64,000 nucleotides of DNA from Clostridia bacterium (GCA_017397175.1 JAFQKA010000052.1:3001-67000); one strand, 5' to 3'; shown: positions 37,541 to 47,907, counted from the stretch's first letter. Notes: generated by a model from the sequence alone, not told the origin. Translations and numbers: made by a program.

Positions 37541-37569
37541 TTGACAAGTGTGCGCTATTGCTGTATAAT
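37541..37569 (+). promoter_or_regulatory. proS promoter
   Basis: TTGACA-17 nt-TATAAT with an upstream TG. Confidence 0.7.
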
Positions 37570-37620
37570 TTATAATGTATAAATATTTTCGGAAACAAAG
37601 TCCGACGAAAGGAACCAAAA

Positions 37621-39060
37621 ATGGCAAACGAGAAAAAGACAGTTGAGCAAATTACCAACCGTGACGTTGATTTTGCTCAGTGGTACACAGATATTTGTAA
37701 GAAAGCTGACTTGATCGACTATTCAAGCGTCAAGGGCTGTATGATAATCCGTCCCTACGGATATGCGATCTGGGAGAACATTCAGAAGAATCTTGACGAT
37801 CGCTTCAAAGCACTGGGACATGAGAACGTATATATGCCTATGTTTATCCCCGAGTCTCTTCTCAACAAGGAGAAGGATCACGTTGAGGGCTTTGCCCCCG
37901 AGGTTGCATGGGTAACACACGGCGGTGAGGAGAAGCTGACCGAGCGTCTTTGCGTTCGTCCTACTTCCGAGACCCTTTTCTGCGAGCATTTTGCAAATAT
38001 TATCCGTTCTTATCGTGACCTTCCCGTGCTTTACAATCAGTGGTGCTCGGTGGTAAGATGGGAGAAGACCACCCGTCCTTTCCTGCGCAGCCGCGAATTC
38101 CTGTGGCAGGAGGGTCACACTATGCACGAGACGGCAGAGGAGGCGAGAGCGGAGACGGTTCAGATGCTCAACGTCTATGCCGACTTCCACCAGAACGACC
38201 TTGCGATCCCCGTAATCAAGGGTGTCAAGACTCCCTCTGATAAGTTCGCGGGCGCAGAGGATACCTATGCTATCGAGGCGCTGATGCACGACGGCAAGTC
38301 CCTGCAGGCGGCAACGTCCCACTTCTTTGGCGACGGCTTTGCAAAGGCATTCGATATTACTTACGCATCAAAGGACAACACGTTGAAATATCCTTTCCAG
38401 ACCTCTTGGGGCTGTACCACCCGTATGATCGGCGGTATCATCATGACCCACGGCGACGATAACGGTCTGGTGCTTCCTCCTTCCGTTGCGCCCATTCAGG
38501 TGGTAATTATCCCCGTTGCGGCACACAAGCCGGGCGTTATCGAGGCGGCAACTGCGCTTTATGATAAATTGAAGGAAAGATTCAGAGTAAAGCTGGATGA
38601 CAGCGATCAGTCCCCCGGATGGAAGTACGCAGAGTACGAAATGAAGGGCGTTCCCGTCCGCATTGAGATCGGTCCCCGAGATATTGAGGCAGGTCAGTGC
38701 GTCTGCGTAACGAGACATAACCTTGAAAAGGCCGTTGTGGCGCTTGACGGAATTGAGGACTCTGTTGCGGCTAAGCTGCAGGAGGTTCGCGACGGAATGT
38801 ACGCAAAGGCTCTTGAAAACAGAGAAAAGAGAACTTACAGCTGTCGTACTCTTGACGAGATCAACGAGGCGCTTGAGAAAAACGGCGATGGATTTGTCAA
38901 GGCAATGTGGTGCGGCGAGGAAGAATGTGAGGACGGCGTAAAGGCCGCTACCGGCATCGGCTCCCGTTGCATTCCCCTTGAGCAGGAGAACGTGGGTGAC
39001 GTGTGCGTATGCTGCGGAAAGCCCGCGCGTCACATGGTAGTCTGGGCAAGAGCATACTGA
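37621..39060 (+). CDS. proS: Proline--tRNA ligase (archaeal/eukaryote-like type, no editing insertion)
   Basis: 479 aa with class II motifs and a C-terminal Zn-binding-like CxxC..CxxC. Confidence 0.95.
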   Translation: MANEKKTVEQITNRDVDFAQWYTDICKKADLIDYSSVKGCMIIRPYGYAIWENIQKNLDDRFKALGHENVYMPMFIPESLLNKEKDHVEGFAPEVAWVTHGGEEKLTERLCVRPTSETLFCEHFANIIRSYRDLPVLYNQWCSVVRWEKTTRPFLRSREFLWQEGHTMHETAEEARAETVQMLNVYADFHQNDLAIPVIKGVKTPSDKFAGAEDTYAIEALMHDGKSLQAATSHFFGDGFAKAFDITYASKDNTLKYPFQTSWGCTTRMIGGIIMTHGDDNGLVLPPSVAPIQVVIIPVAAHKPGVIEAATALYDKLKERFRVKLDDSDQSPGWKYAEYEMKGVPVRIEIGPRDIEAGQCVCVTRHNLEKAVVALDGIEDSVAAKLQEVRDGMYAKALENREKRTYSCRTLDEINEALEKNGDGFVKAMWCGEEECEDGVKAATGIGSRCIPLEQENVGDVCVCCGKPARHMVVWARAY

Positions 39061-39133
39061 TAAGATAATTAAAAATGGCTGTCGGGCGAAATTCCCGACA
39101 GCCATTTGCAAATATGAGAGAGGAGGTGACCGT

Positions 39134-40267
39134 ATGGTACGCTCGTTTAACGTAACCAAAAAAGAACGGCTGAAAATGCTCGATCCAATCATAATCATAT
39201 GCACGGTCATTCTCAGCTCTATGAGTATTATAACTCTCATCGGAGGCTACGGTGAGTTCCCCGATCTTACAAAGAGCAATATCGTGATTCAACTTGGCTC
39301 GACCGTTGTGGGAATTGCCGCTATGATGATACTTTCAATGCTCGATTATGAGGAGATCGTGGAAAAGCTGTACGGCGCGTTTTTCATAATTTCGGTTGCG
39401 CTTTTGGTAGTCACTCTGTTGTTTGGCACCAGCATGGGCACGAATCTCAGTTATCTTAGAATCGGTCCCGTGGGAATCCAGCCATCGGAGTTTGTAAAGG
39501 CATCATATATTCTGACCTTTTCAAGGCACCTGGGATATGCCAAGGAAAAAATAAATTCTTTGAAGACCTTGCTTGGTCTTGCTCTCCACGCAGGAATAAT
39601 TATCGGACTTGTACTCATTTCCGGTGACCTTGGAGTTGCGCTGGTCTATATCGGGATCACGGCTATCATGCTTTTTTGCGCGGGGCTGAGCATCTGGTAT
39701 TTTATCGGTGCGATCGTGGCGGTCGGACTTGCCTTCCCATATATCTGGGATATGCTGGACTATTATCAGCAACAGAGGATAATCGTCGGCTTCAATCCCG
39801 ATCTTGACCCCACTTATTGGGGATATCAGGCGACCTGGGGCAGACGTGCCGTGGCAAACGGAGGCTTTTGGGGCAGGGGAATGTTCGGCGGCGATTTTTA
39901 TCAGATAACTCCCCATTCAGAGACGGATTTTATTTTTTCCACCTATTGCGAAAAATTCGGGCTTGTAGGCGGAGTGCTGTTCTTTGTCGTTATGGCTATA
40001 TTGGTCATCAGGATACTGTTCATTGCGGCGGGCGCAAGAAAAAGCTATGGTCGTTTTATCTGTATCGGTGCGGCGGCGGCTCTTATTTTGCAAACTCTTG
40101 AGAACGCGGGAATGTGCATGGGCTTTTTGCCCGTCGTGGGAATCACGCTGCCCTTTATGAGTTACGGCGGCTCGTCCATGTTGGCGCTTTTCATTCTCAT
40201 GGGAATGGTTCAGAGCGTTCGATCTCATCATGATAAATACTTTTTCGCCCTTGGACGGGAGGAATAA
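39134..40267 (+). CDS. FtsW/RodA/SpoVE family peptidoglycan polymerase
   Basis: 377 aa, polytopic, with SETDFIFS and LPFMSYGGSS. An RBS AGGAGG lies 7 nt upstream. Confidence 0.9.
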   Translation: MVRSFNVTKKERLKMLDPIIIICTVILSSMSIITLIGGYGEFPDLTKSNIVIQLGSTVVGIAAMMILSMLDYEEIVEKLYGAFFIISVALLVVTLLFGTSMGTNLSYLRIGPVGIQPSEFVKASYILTFSRHLGYAKEKINSLKTLLGLALHAGIIIGLVLISGDLGVALVYIGITAIMLFCAGLSIWYFIGAIVAVGLAFPYIWDMLDYYQQQRIIVGFNPDLDPTYWGYQATWGRRAVANGGFWGRGMFGGDFYQITPHSETDFIFSTYCEKFGLVGGVLFFVVMAILVIRILFIAAGARKSYGRFICIGAAAALILQTLENAGMCMGFLPVVGITLPFMSYGGSSMLALFILMGMVQSVRSHHDKYFFALGREE

Positions 40268-40270
40268 CAT

Positions 40271-40299
40271 AAAATTGCGGCGTGAGCCGCAATTTTTTT
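40271..40299 (+). terminator. Intrinsic terminator
   Basis: ATTGCGGC-GTGA-GCCGCAAT followed by T6. Confidence 0.85.
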
Positions 40300-40321
40300 G
40301 GAAAAATTTATATTTTGCTCT

Positions 40322-40350
40322 TGCATTTGTCGCAAAAACGAAGTATAATA
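40322..40350 (+). promoter_or_regulatory. Promoter of the LuxR-type regulator gene
   Basis: TTGCAT-17 nt-TATAAT. Confidence 0.6.
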
Positions 40351-40425
40351 AGAATGATAGTTGTCGTTTGTGCGACAAATGGACGATTATATCCGTCGTT
40401 TTTGCGACAGATAGGAGATAAAGTA

Positions 40426-41670
40426 ATGAAAATGATAACAGCACAGCAGGCGGCCGAAAAATGGGATATTTCTCTTCGCCGCGTGCAGGATTATTGCAAA
40501 AAGGGAAGAATAGACGGCGCAGAGCGCTTCGGACTTAACTGGATGATCCCCGATGGGGCGCAAAAGCCTGCGGACGGGCGACGGAAAGTTGCAAATAGCG
40601 GGGAATTTGTCGATCCCGAATCCATGCCCATGCCCCGAAAGACCCCTTTTCTGTATATGACCGATCTGTATCACACTCCCGGCGGTGCCGAGGAGAGCAT
40701 AGAGGCATTGTCAGGTAATCATGAGGCTCAAAGTCTCTTTGCCGCCGAGATCGCTTACTCCAGAGGGGATATTGATCTTGTTTATGAGAGCGCAAATTAT
40801 CTGCTTCAAAAGCATTCGGGATTTTATGCGGTAATTTCTGCGGGAATGCTCCTGGCACTTTGTGCCATATGGAAGGGTGACCTCAGTATGTGGCGCCGCG
40901 CAAAGGTACACATAGCAGAGGCCCCCGCCAAGACCGATGATCAAAGGGATATTGCTGTTTTTGCCATCACTGCGGTGGACAGTATGCTCTATGATGTCTC
41001 AAGCTTTCCCGAGTGGTTTAAAATAGGCTGCTTTGATCCGCTTCACAGGGATTCCTTGCCTGCCGCCAAGGTGTTTTATGCGAAATATCTTTACGCCTCA
41101 GGATATGCAGTTGCTACAAAAGAACTTGAGATAGAGGGAGTTCGCGGTCTGACGTTTCTGAAGATGATCCCTGCAGCACTTGAGCCTATGATTTCTCAAG
41201 CAGTGGCAGATCAGACAGTAATCGTTGAAATATATCTGCGTATGACCTGCGCTGTCGTCTATCATACAGGCGGAAACGACACACAGGCTATCCGCCATAT
41301 CGACCGCGCCATAGCCTTGGCTCTTCCCGACCGTCTTTACGGTCTTTTGGCGGAATACCGCCGCACTCTTGATTCCTTGCTTGAGCGCAGACTTGTGAGG
41401 GTGGATGCGGAGGCATGGGAAAGAGTGAACTCGCTTTACAAGGTTTATAACGAGGGCTGGGCGAAGCTCAGCGGAGCCGCCCGCGGACGCGTGATCTATA
41501 CCTCCCTTGCGCCCAAAGAGCGAGAGGTGGCAAAGCTCGTGGCCTTCGGCATGAAGAACGCAGAGATAGCCGAGAAGCTGCATATGTCAATATCGGGTGT
41601 AAAGCAGGCTGTCACCAAGGTCTCCCAAAAAACAGGTGTCTCAAGAGAGGAATTTGCGGCTATACTGTAA
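40426..41670 (+). CDS. Two-HTH regulator: N-terminal excisionase/MerR-like HTH, helical middle, C-terminal LuxR/GerE HTH
   Basis: Start MKMITAQQAAEKWDISLRRVQDYC behind AGGAGA. The C-terminus is REREVAKLVAFGMKNAEIAEKLHMSISGVKQAVTKV. Confidence 0.75.
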   Translation: MKMITAQQAAEKWDISLRRVQDYCKKGRIDGAERFGLNWMIPDGAQKPADGRRKVANSGEFVDPESMPMPRKTPFLYMTDLYHTPGGAEESIEALSGNHEAQSLFAAEIAYSRGDIDLVYESANYLLQKHSGFYAVISAGMLLALCAIWKGDLSMWRRAKVHIAEAPAKTDDQRDIAVFAITAVDSMLYDVSSFPEWFKIGCFDPLHRDSLPAAKVFYAKYLYASGYAVATKELEIEGVRGLTFLKMIPAALEPMISQAVADQTVIVEIYLRMTCAVVYHTGGNDTQAIRHIDRAIALALPDRLYGLLAEYRRTLDSLLERRLVRVDAEAWERVNSLYKVYNEGWAKLSGAARGRVIYTSLAPKEREVAKLVAFGMKNAEIAEKLHMSISGVKQAVTKVSQKTGVSREEFAAIL

Positions 41671-41742
41671 ATGTCCGATTTGTACGAAAAAAGGACAGGA
41701 AAAAATGTCCGAAAAAAGTGATTTTCGGTAGTCCCCGAAACA

Positions 41743-41790
41743 GGAAAAATCTGCTATACTGTTCTCAGCTGAATGGTATAGCAGATTTTT
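41743..41790 (+). terminator. 13-bp perfect hairpin + T7 immediately upstream of the next RBS
   Basis: AAATCTGCTATAC (41745-41757) / GTATAGCAGATTT (41774-41786), then T7. Confidence 0.7.
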
Positions 41791-41807
41791 TTGTGAAAGG
41801 AGAAAAG

Positions 41808-42161
41808 ATGTTTACAAAGACGCTTGATTCCGGAAACTCTCCCTTACCCAGGGAAGGTGACCTGTACAAGACCGTAACGGTCGCGGGCAAGACCTTCGAG
41901 CTTTATTATGGATATTATGAAGAGTTCGAGCGGGAATACAACGATCCCATGCCACTCTATCCGGACTTGGTGCAAAAGCCCGAATACACATGCGAAGGAC
42001 ACCCCATCGTCACGGGAATGCAGGATATTTGCACTCACTACCGCGGAAGCGATAGCGGTGACAGCTGTTCCTCCTGCCTGCATTTTCAGAATTGCGAGGA
42101 GCTGTTCGGTATCTGCACCTGTCTCAAAAGGAGAAAAGAGGAGCAGTCCGACGGCACGTAA
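41808..42161 (+). CDS. Small Cys-rich protein, unknown function
   Basis: 117 aa from the ATG behind AAAGGAG: MFTKTLDSG...CSSCLHFQNCEELFGICTC. Confidence 0.5.
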   Translation: MFTKTLDSGNSPLPREGDLYKTVTVAGKTFELYYGYYEEFEREYNDPMPLYPDLVQKPEYTCEGHPIVTGMQDICTHYRGSDSGDSCSSCLHFQNCEELFGICTCLKRRKEEQSDGT

Positions 42162-42204
42162 AAAGAAATTCTAAAATCTACATATAATTACGAAGGAGAA
42201 AATT

Positions 42205-45200
42205 ATGAAACAGACCAAAAAGCTTTTTGCCATTTTGATGGCCCTGGCAATGATCTTCGTTTCGGTGCCATATGTATCTGCGGTGCAGACATTGTCCGAA
42301 ACGAGAAAGATGAACAACAACCAGGGCGACGGTATTATCCTTTATAAGGATGCTATTCCTCACACAGAGGCCGGAGTCCCCGACGGCACCGTTGATATTA
42401 TCATCGAGGCGATGACCACGGGACAGGTCACAAACTCAGAGCGAGTTATTCCCACAGACATCGTTCTTGTTCTCGATACGTCGGGAAGTATGGACGAAAC
42501 CGACGCACACATGGTAGATACCTACAACGAGGTGCTGGGAACAAGCTTTACATATTGGTTCAACACCTACTATGGATTCAACAGCACAAGCAACTATTAC
42601 ATTCTCGTTGACGGCGAATACGTATCCGTTTCCCGTGCTAACGTGGACGATAATAACTACTATTATTACCGCTACCGCAACGGTTCAAGCTGGACTTACG
42701 TTTACCCCGAGCTTAACGCGGGTATCGCTGCAAACAGAAGCGAAAGCTACCCTGTTTATCAGTTCTATAACAGAACCAGCGAGTATCCTGCAGGCACCAA
42801 AACAAAGATGGAACACCTTCAGGACGCCGTAAAGCATTTTATCGACCAGACTCTGGCGAGCAACAGCGGTATTGCAAACGATCGTGATAAGCACAGCATT
42901 TCTATCGTCAAGTTTGCTACCGACGCTTATTACTCAGGCTCCGGCTCCACGCAGGATGCAAACAGCACCGTTGTGGGTAACAACTTTAACGGCAACGGCT
43001 ACAACTATACTCAGATAGTTACACCTCTTACAACCGTTAACGCATCGGGCGCGGCTACTCTCAAGAGCGCAGTAGATGCTCTTGTTCCGGAAGGCGCTAC
43101 CGCGATAGATTACGGTCTGGAGCTGGCGGATCACGTACTCTTTGACGACAGAACGGCAGAGGATATTGCGGGCCGCCATGAGATCGTGGTTCTCTTTACC
43201 GACGGTTCTCCCACACACGGAAGCGGATACGAATCCTCCGTTGCGGCAGACGCGGTAAACAACGCAAAGGCACTCAAGGACGAGAACGTAGACGTATACG
43301 TTATCTCGGTTGCGGCAAACGCAGACGCTTCTCAGCTTGGCACAGACCAGACAAATCAGTTCTGCCACTACGTTTCCAGCAACTATCCCGACGCTGCGGC
43401 TTCGGGCAACACTATAACTGCCGGTGCAGGTAATCCTACGGCAGGTTACTACTGGGTTCCCACAGACGTTCTTACTCTTGACGCGATCTTTGAGTCGGTT
43501 CTTGACCAGGTCGGAACACCTACCATCGAGCTTGGTACGAGCGCGGCGGTAATAGACTCCCTGACACCTTATTTCACACTCCCCGACGGAACGAACCAGA
43601 TTACTCTTCAGACCGTTGAAAAGACTGCTACCGATTGGGGTACACCCGTAGTTGACAGCAACCTTACAGCTACCATAGTCGGCAGCCAGATCAGAGTAAG
43701 CGGATTTGATTTCGACGAGAACTACGTTTCCGATACTCCCCGTAACGGCAATTTCTACGGTAAGATGCTCCGCATCATAATCAACGTGACTCCCGACTAC
43801 TCGATAGTTGACCAGAGAGGTGCTGCCATCGCGGCAACAGGCGGATACGTTGAAACTAACCTTGGCAACGCGGCAGTGCTTGACAGCACTCAGACTCCCG
43901 TTGCAGTGGTCGAATCTCCCGGCGTTACTCTCAATAAAGTAACATATATGCTGGACGGCTCAGTCTATAAGACCTTCTACCGTCTGCCCGGATCCGAGAA
44001 TACGGTCCTGACAAAGCACGCGGATGACGACGTTGCCACCTACACGGATTGGACGACTACGGACGTTACGGTCACGAGCGGCGCATATACAATGCCCGGG
44101 CAGGACATCGTATTTAATGCAACAAGTACAAAGAGAGATTACACTGTAAGCTATGAGTTCAGAGGAACGGTTCCCGCAGGTATCCTTCCTCCTACTTCGG
44201 AAACTCATAAGACCGGTGACACGGTAACTATTGCCGCAGAACCTCAGGTAACCGGTTACGTATTTACAGGCTGGCAGGCTGCGGAAGTTCCTACGTCGGA
44301 TATTTCGAACGGCACATTTACAATGCCTTCCCGCAACGTGACCTTCATCGGCTCCTTTGTTCCTTCGAATACAGTTGCTTATAAGGTTGAGCACTATCTC
44401 CAGGGCATTGACGGTGAATTCCCCGCAGAGCCTTCCGATTTCCATTATCATTACGATGGAACGACAAACGAAACTGTCTTCGCTATCATCATGGAGTACC
44501 CTCATTTCACCTACTCGGCGACAGTGACTACTCCTTCCAATCTTACATACACATCCGTTCCCTCCGGAACAGTTGCGGCAGACGGCTCCCTCGTTCTGAA
44601 GCTTTACTATATCCGCAACGTACATACCGTAACCTATGAGTACGATGATGACACGCTTCCCGACGGTGCTCTCGCACTTCTTCCCGCATCCACGACTCAC
44701 CGCGCAGGTGAGACCGTGACTTTGGCGGCAGCTCCCACACTTCAGGGTTACACCTTTGTTGGATGGGCTTCCGACGGATCTGACGTTATCATCACAGACG
44801 GCAAGATAACCATGCCCGACCGCGACGTTGTTCTTCACGGCTTCTTCCTTGAAAACGGCGACACAAAGTACACCGTTGAGCACTATCTCAGAGACGACAG
44901 CGGTATGGTGCTTGGTGATACTACGTACCACACAGGTAAGACAGACGCTTATGTTGTGGGCGAGCCCGGCAACTTTGAAGGTTATACCTACAATGCAGTA
45001 GACAGCGCGGCAACTGCTTCCGGAAAGATCCTTCCCGACGGCTCTCTTGTACTCAAGCTCTACTATGACAAGACTCCCTACAAGGTTTCCTACAAATATA
45101 CAGGCAATATCCCCGCAGGCGCTCCCGCGCTCCCTGCAGAGACGGAACGCTACATGAACGATACGGTGACCGTTGAGGCTGTTCCCGCGGTCATGGGCTA

Positions 45201-47883
45201 CACGTTCCACGGCTGGACGGTAAGCGGTATTACCGTTTCGGGCGGACAGTTTACTATGCCTGCCGAGGACGTGGTCTTCGTTGGATACTTTGTAAGAAAT
45301 GAATCTCCCTACACCATCTCCCACTACTTCCAGCTTGAGGACGGAACATGGGGTGAACCCCAGGTTTCCTACAAGGTGGACTCTCATGAGGGCGAGAGCG
45401 TCAGCGCAGATTACGTAACGGTTGACGGATACGTAAGCTATCCGGGTCACAGCGATACGCTTACGTCGGGCGTGGTTCTGGCTAACGGCGCGCTCACGCT
45501 GAAGCTCTTCTACAAGAGAACAGCGTTCAAGGTCACATACAAGTACGATGGCACTGTTCCCGCAGGCGCATCTGCGCTCCCCGCAGAGACAACTCAGCTT
45601 CACGGCGCGACCGTAACCGTTGCTCCTGCGGCTACCGCTCCCGGCTACACCTTTGACGGTTGGGAATCTGAGACGGTAGAGATCGTCGGCGGTGAGTTCA
45701 CAATGCCTCAGTCTGACGTTGTACTTGTCGGTCGCTTCAAGGCTAACACGGATACTCCCTGGAGAGTTGAGCACTATAAGCAGATCACACCCGGTACAGA
45801 TGACTATACTCTGGCGGCTACCGATAATTACACCGGCACAACGGGCCACCGTGTTTCCGCTACCTATCGCACCTTTGAGGGCTATACTCCCGCTGAGGGC
45901 AATATCCTGACCGGAACGATAACCCCTGCTCCCGACACTCTCGTGATCAAGCTTTACTACGAGAGAAACACATACAACGTTTACTACCGCTATATCGGTG
46001 TACAGCCCGATGGCGCACCCGATATTGAAAAGTACAGCATAAAGGACGTTCCTTTTGGAACAGTGATCGACTTTGCGGCAAAGCCTACCCTTGAAAACCA
46101 CGAGTTTGAGGGTTGGATCTCCCACGAGGTCTCCACATCCTCTGCAAGCTTTACGATGCCCGCTATGGACGTTACGATCCTTGGCAGATTCGTAGAGAAG
46201 GCAAGACTTACGGTTTCCTACGAGTACACAGGCACAGTTCCTGCAGGCGCACCTGCCGTTCCCGCGACGACTTACCACCACCCCAAAGAAAATATTACGG
46301 TGGCAGACGCCCCCACAGTTGCAGGATACACCTTCTCCGGTTGGACCAGCGAGCAGGTCACACCCGTGGGCGGTAAGTTCGATATGCCCGACGTAAACGT
46401 AATCTTCACCGGTTCTTTCAAGCCTAACACAGGTACAGCATACAAGGTCGAGCACTACAAGCAGAACCTTGACGGTACATATCCCGTGACTGCTTCTGAG
46501 ACGGATGACCTCGCAGGCGAAACGGGCGCGACCGTAACAGCGGTGGCTAAGACCTATGAGGGCTTTACCGAGGATAAGGGTCACGCAGGACGTATTCCCG
46601 AAGGCGTGATCGCGGCAGACGGCTCTCTCGTTCTCAAGCTTTATTACAGCCGCAATTCCTACGAGGTAACTTACGTTTACACAGGAACGGTTCCCGCAGG
46701 CGCAACTCCTCTCCCCGCAAAGCAGACGTATAAGTACGGCGAAGAGGTTACAATAGCTCCCGCGGCAACTGCAAAGGGCTATCTGTTCAGCGGTTGGATC
46801 ACCACCGATGTGATCCCCTCAAACGGCAAGTTCATAATGCCCGCCAACGACGTTGAGTTCAGCGGAAGATTTGATGTTGCCGACACAAGCGGAAAAGTAG
46901 TTGTGAACAAGACCGTTGTGGCACCCACAGGCTTCAAGATCACAGCTCCCTTCCGGTTCCAGCTCCACAAGATCAGCAACAACTCGGTAACCGGCGTTTA
47001 CGAGGAATTCTACGTAATTCCCGGAACTCCTACGGTTCTGACACTTGACCCCGGAAGATATATGATCACCGAGGTTGGCGGAGACATGAACGGATTTACT
47101 CATTCGGTATACTGCAACGTCAAGAACGGTATCGTCGAGGTCAAGACGGGTGAAAGCACCAACATAACCTTCACCAACACCTACGTGGCAGTCCAGCTTG
47201 AAAAGGACGATCACTTCGGTTATATTATCGGCTATCCCGACGGAACCGTAAGACCCGAAAACAACATCACACGTGCAGAGGTTGCTACGATCTTCTTCCG
47301 TATGCTCAAGGAAGAGAGCCGTAATAAGCTCTGGGCAACGACCAACACTTTCTCCGACGTTTCGAGAGGCAACTGGTTCAACACAGCTGTTTCCACACTT
47401 CAGAATGCAGGCGTTCTTGACGGATATTCTGATGGAACCTTCCGTCCCAACGCATACATCACAAGAGCAGAGCTTGTTAAGATCGCGGCTACCTTCTACG
47501 GAACAGCGGCAGGAATGCAGTCGCACTTCTCCGACACCTCCGCACACTGGGCAAACGATTTCATCGAGGCCGCTCGAGAGCTTGGCATCGTTGACGGTTA
47601 TACAGACGGCTCCTTCCGTCCTAACCAGTACGTGACCCGTGCCGAGGCGATGAAGATCATCAACCGCACGCTTGACAGAGTTCCTCACAAGGATCACCTG
47701 CTTCCCGATATGATCAAGTGGGTGGACAACAGCAACAAGAACAAGTGGTACTACGCTGACGTTCAGGAAGCTACCAACTCTCATATCTACGTCTGGGGTA
47801 ACGACGAGTTCGAGAGATGGATCAGAATCCTTCCCGTTCGCGACTGGGCCGCACTTGAGCTTGGTTGGAGCAAAGAACACTGA
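42205..47883 (+). CDS. Giant S-layer-anchored surface protein: signal peptide, vWA, ~8 Listeria-Bacteroides repeats alternating with ~5 beta-domains, Cna-B/SpaA-like domain, SLH triplet
   Basis: 1892 aa. MIDAS motif is VLVLDTSGSMDE. The GY(T/V)F.GW...F.MP..(D/N)V repeats alternate with YKVEHY modules. The SLH region runs from 47185 (FSDVSRGNWF.., FSDTSAHWAN..). Confidence 0.9.
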   Translation: MKQTKKLFAILMALAMIFVSVPYVSAVQTLSETRKMNNNQGDGIILYKDAIPHTEAGVPDGTVDIIIEAMTTGQVTNSERVIPTDIVLVLDTSGSMDETDAHMVDTYNEVLGTSFTYWFNTYYGFNSTSNYYILVDGEYVSVSRANVDDNNYYYYRYRNGSSWTYVYPELNAGIAANRSESYPVYQFYNRTSEYPAGTKTKMEHLQDAVKHFIDQTLASNSGIANDRDKHSISIVKFATDAYYSGSGSTQDANSTVVGNNFNGNGYNYTQIVTPLTTVNASGAATLKSAVDALVPEGATAIDYGLELADHVLFDDRTAEDIAGRHEIVVLFTDGSPTHGSGYESSVAADAVNNAKALKDENVDVYVISVAANADASQLGTDQTNQFCHYVSSNYPDAAASGNTITAGAGNPTAGYYWVPTDVLTLDAIFESVLDQVGTPTIELGTSAAVIDSLTPYFTLPDGTNQITLQTVEKTATDWGTPVVDSNLTATIVGSQIRVSGFDFDENYVSDTPRNGNFYGKMLRIIINVTPDYSIVDQRGAAIAATGGYVETNLGNAAVLDSTQTPVAVVESPGVTLNKVTYMLDGSVYKTFYRLPGSENTVLTKHADDDVATYTDWTTTDVTVTSGAYTMPGQDIVFNATSTKRDYTVSYEFRGTVPAGILPPTSETHKTGDTVTIAAEPQVTGYVFTGWQAAEVPTSDISNGTFTMPSRNVTFIGSFVPSNTVAYKVEHYLQGIDGEFPAEPSDFHYHYDGTTNETVFAIIMEYPHFTYSATVTTPSNLTYTSVPSGTVAADGSLVLKLYYIRNVHTVTYEYDDDTLPDGALALLPASTTHRAGETVTLAAAPTLQGYTFVGWASDGSDVIITDGKITMPDRDVVLHGFFLENGDTKYTVEHYLRDDSGMVLGDTTYHTGKTDAYVVGEPGNFEGYTYNAVDSAATASGKILPDGSLVLKLYYDKTPYKVSYKYTGNIPAGAPALPAETERYMNDTVTVEAVPAVMGYTFHGWTVSGITVSGGQFTMPAEDVVFVGYFVRNESPYTISHYFQLEDGTWGEPQVSYKVDSHEGESVSADYVTVDGYVSYPGHSDTLTSGVVLANGALTLKLFYKRTAFKVTYKYDGTVPAGASALPAETTQLHGATVTVAPAATAPGYTFDGWESETVEIVGGEFTMPQSDVVLVGRFKANTDTPWRVEHYKQITPGTDDYTLAATDNYTGTTGHRVSATYRTFEGYTPAEGNILTGTITPAPDTLVIKLYYERNTYNVYYRYIGVQPDGAPDIEKYSIKDVPFGTVIDFAAKPTLENHEFEGWISHEVSTSSASFTMPAMDVTILGRFVEKARLTVSYEYTGTVPAGAPAVPATTYHHPKENITVADAPTVAGYTFSGWTSEQVTPVGGKFDMPDVNVIFTGSFKPNTGTAYKVEHYKQNLDGTYPVTASETDDLAGETGATVTAVAKTYEGFTEDKGHAGRIPEGVIAADGSLVLKLYYSRNSYEVTYVYTGTVPAGATPLPAKQTYKYGEEVTIAPAATAKGYLFSGWITTDVIPSNGKFIMPANDVEFSGRFDVADTSGKVVVNKTVVAPTGFKITAPFRFQLHKISNNSVTGVYEEFYVIPGTPTVLTLDPGRYMITEVGGDMNGFTHSVYCNVKNGIVEVKTGESTNITFTNTYVAVQLEKDDHFGYIIGYPDGTVRPENNITRAEVATIFFRMLKEESRNKLWATTNTFSDVSRGNWFNTAVSTLQNAGVLDGYSDGTFRPNAYITRAELVKIAATFYGTAAGMQSHFSDTSAHWANDFIEAARELGIVDGYTDGSFRPNQYVTRAEAMKIINRTLDRVPHKDHLLPDMIKWVDNSNKNKWYYADVQEATNSHIYVWGNDEFERWIRILPVRDWAALELGWSKEH
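43930..46870 (+). repeat. Modular coding repeats of about 160 aa inside the adhesin gene
   Basis: The protein blocks (Y.V.Y.Y.G..P.GA and YKVEHY) recur. The copies are diverged at the DNA level. Confidence 0.7.
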
Positions 47884-47907
47884 TAAGTTTTTCTCCTAAA
47901 TAATTTA

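Noticed and set aside
36806-37627. 273-aa minus-strand ORF spanning the CD1247-like gene and the repeat region.
   Set aside because: It is antisense to a well-supported acidic zinc-ribbon gene and runs through the hairpin-repeat elements. It has no RBS.
43960-46584. 874-aa antisense ORF inside the adhesin gene. Similar long antisense ORFs occur at 46819-47880, 27266-29206, 14752-16338, 715-1818, 31958-32875, 23430-24341 and 38368-39240.
   Set aside because: Each lies fully opposite a gene with strong family motifs. Their translations are Arg/Cys/Gly/Val-rich with no motifs, no RBS and no independent signals. Long stop-free antisense frames are expected from the codon bias of the sense genes.
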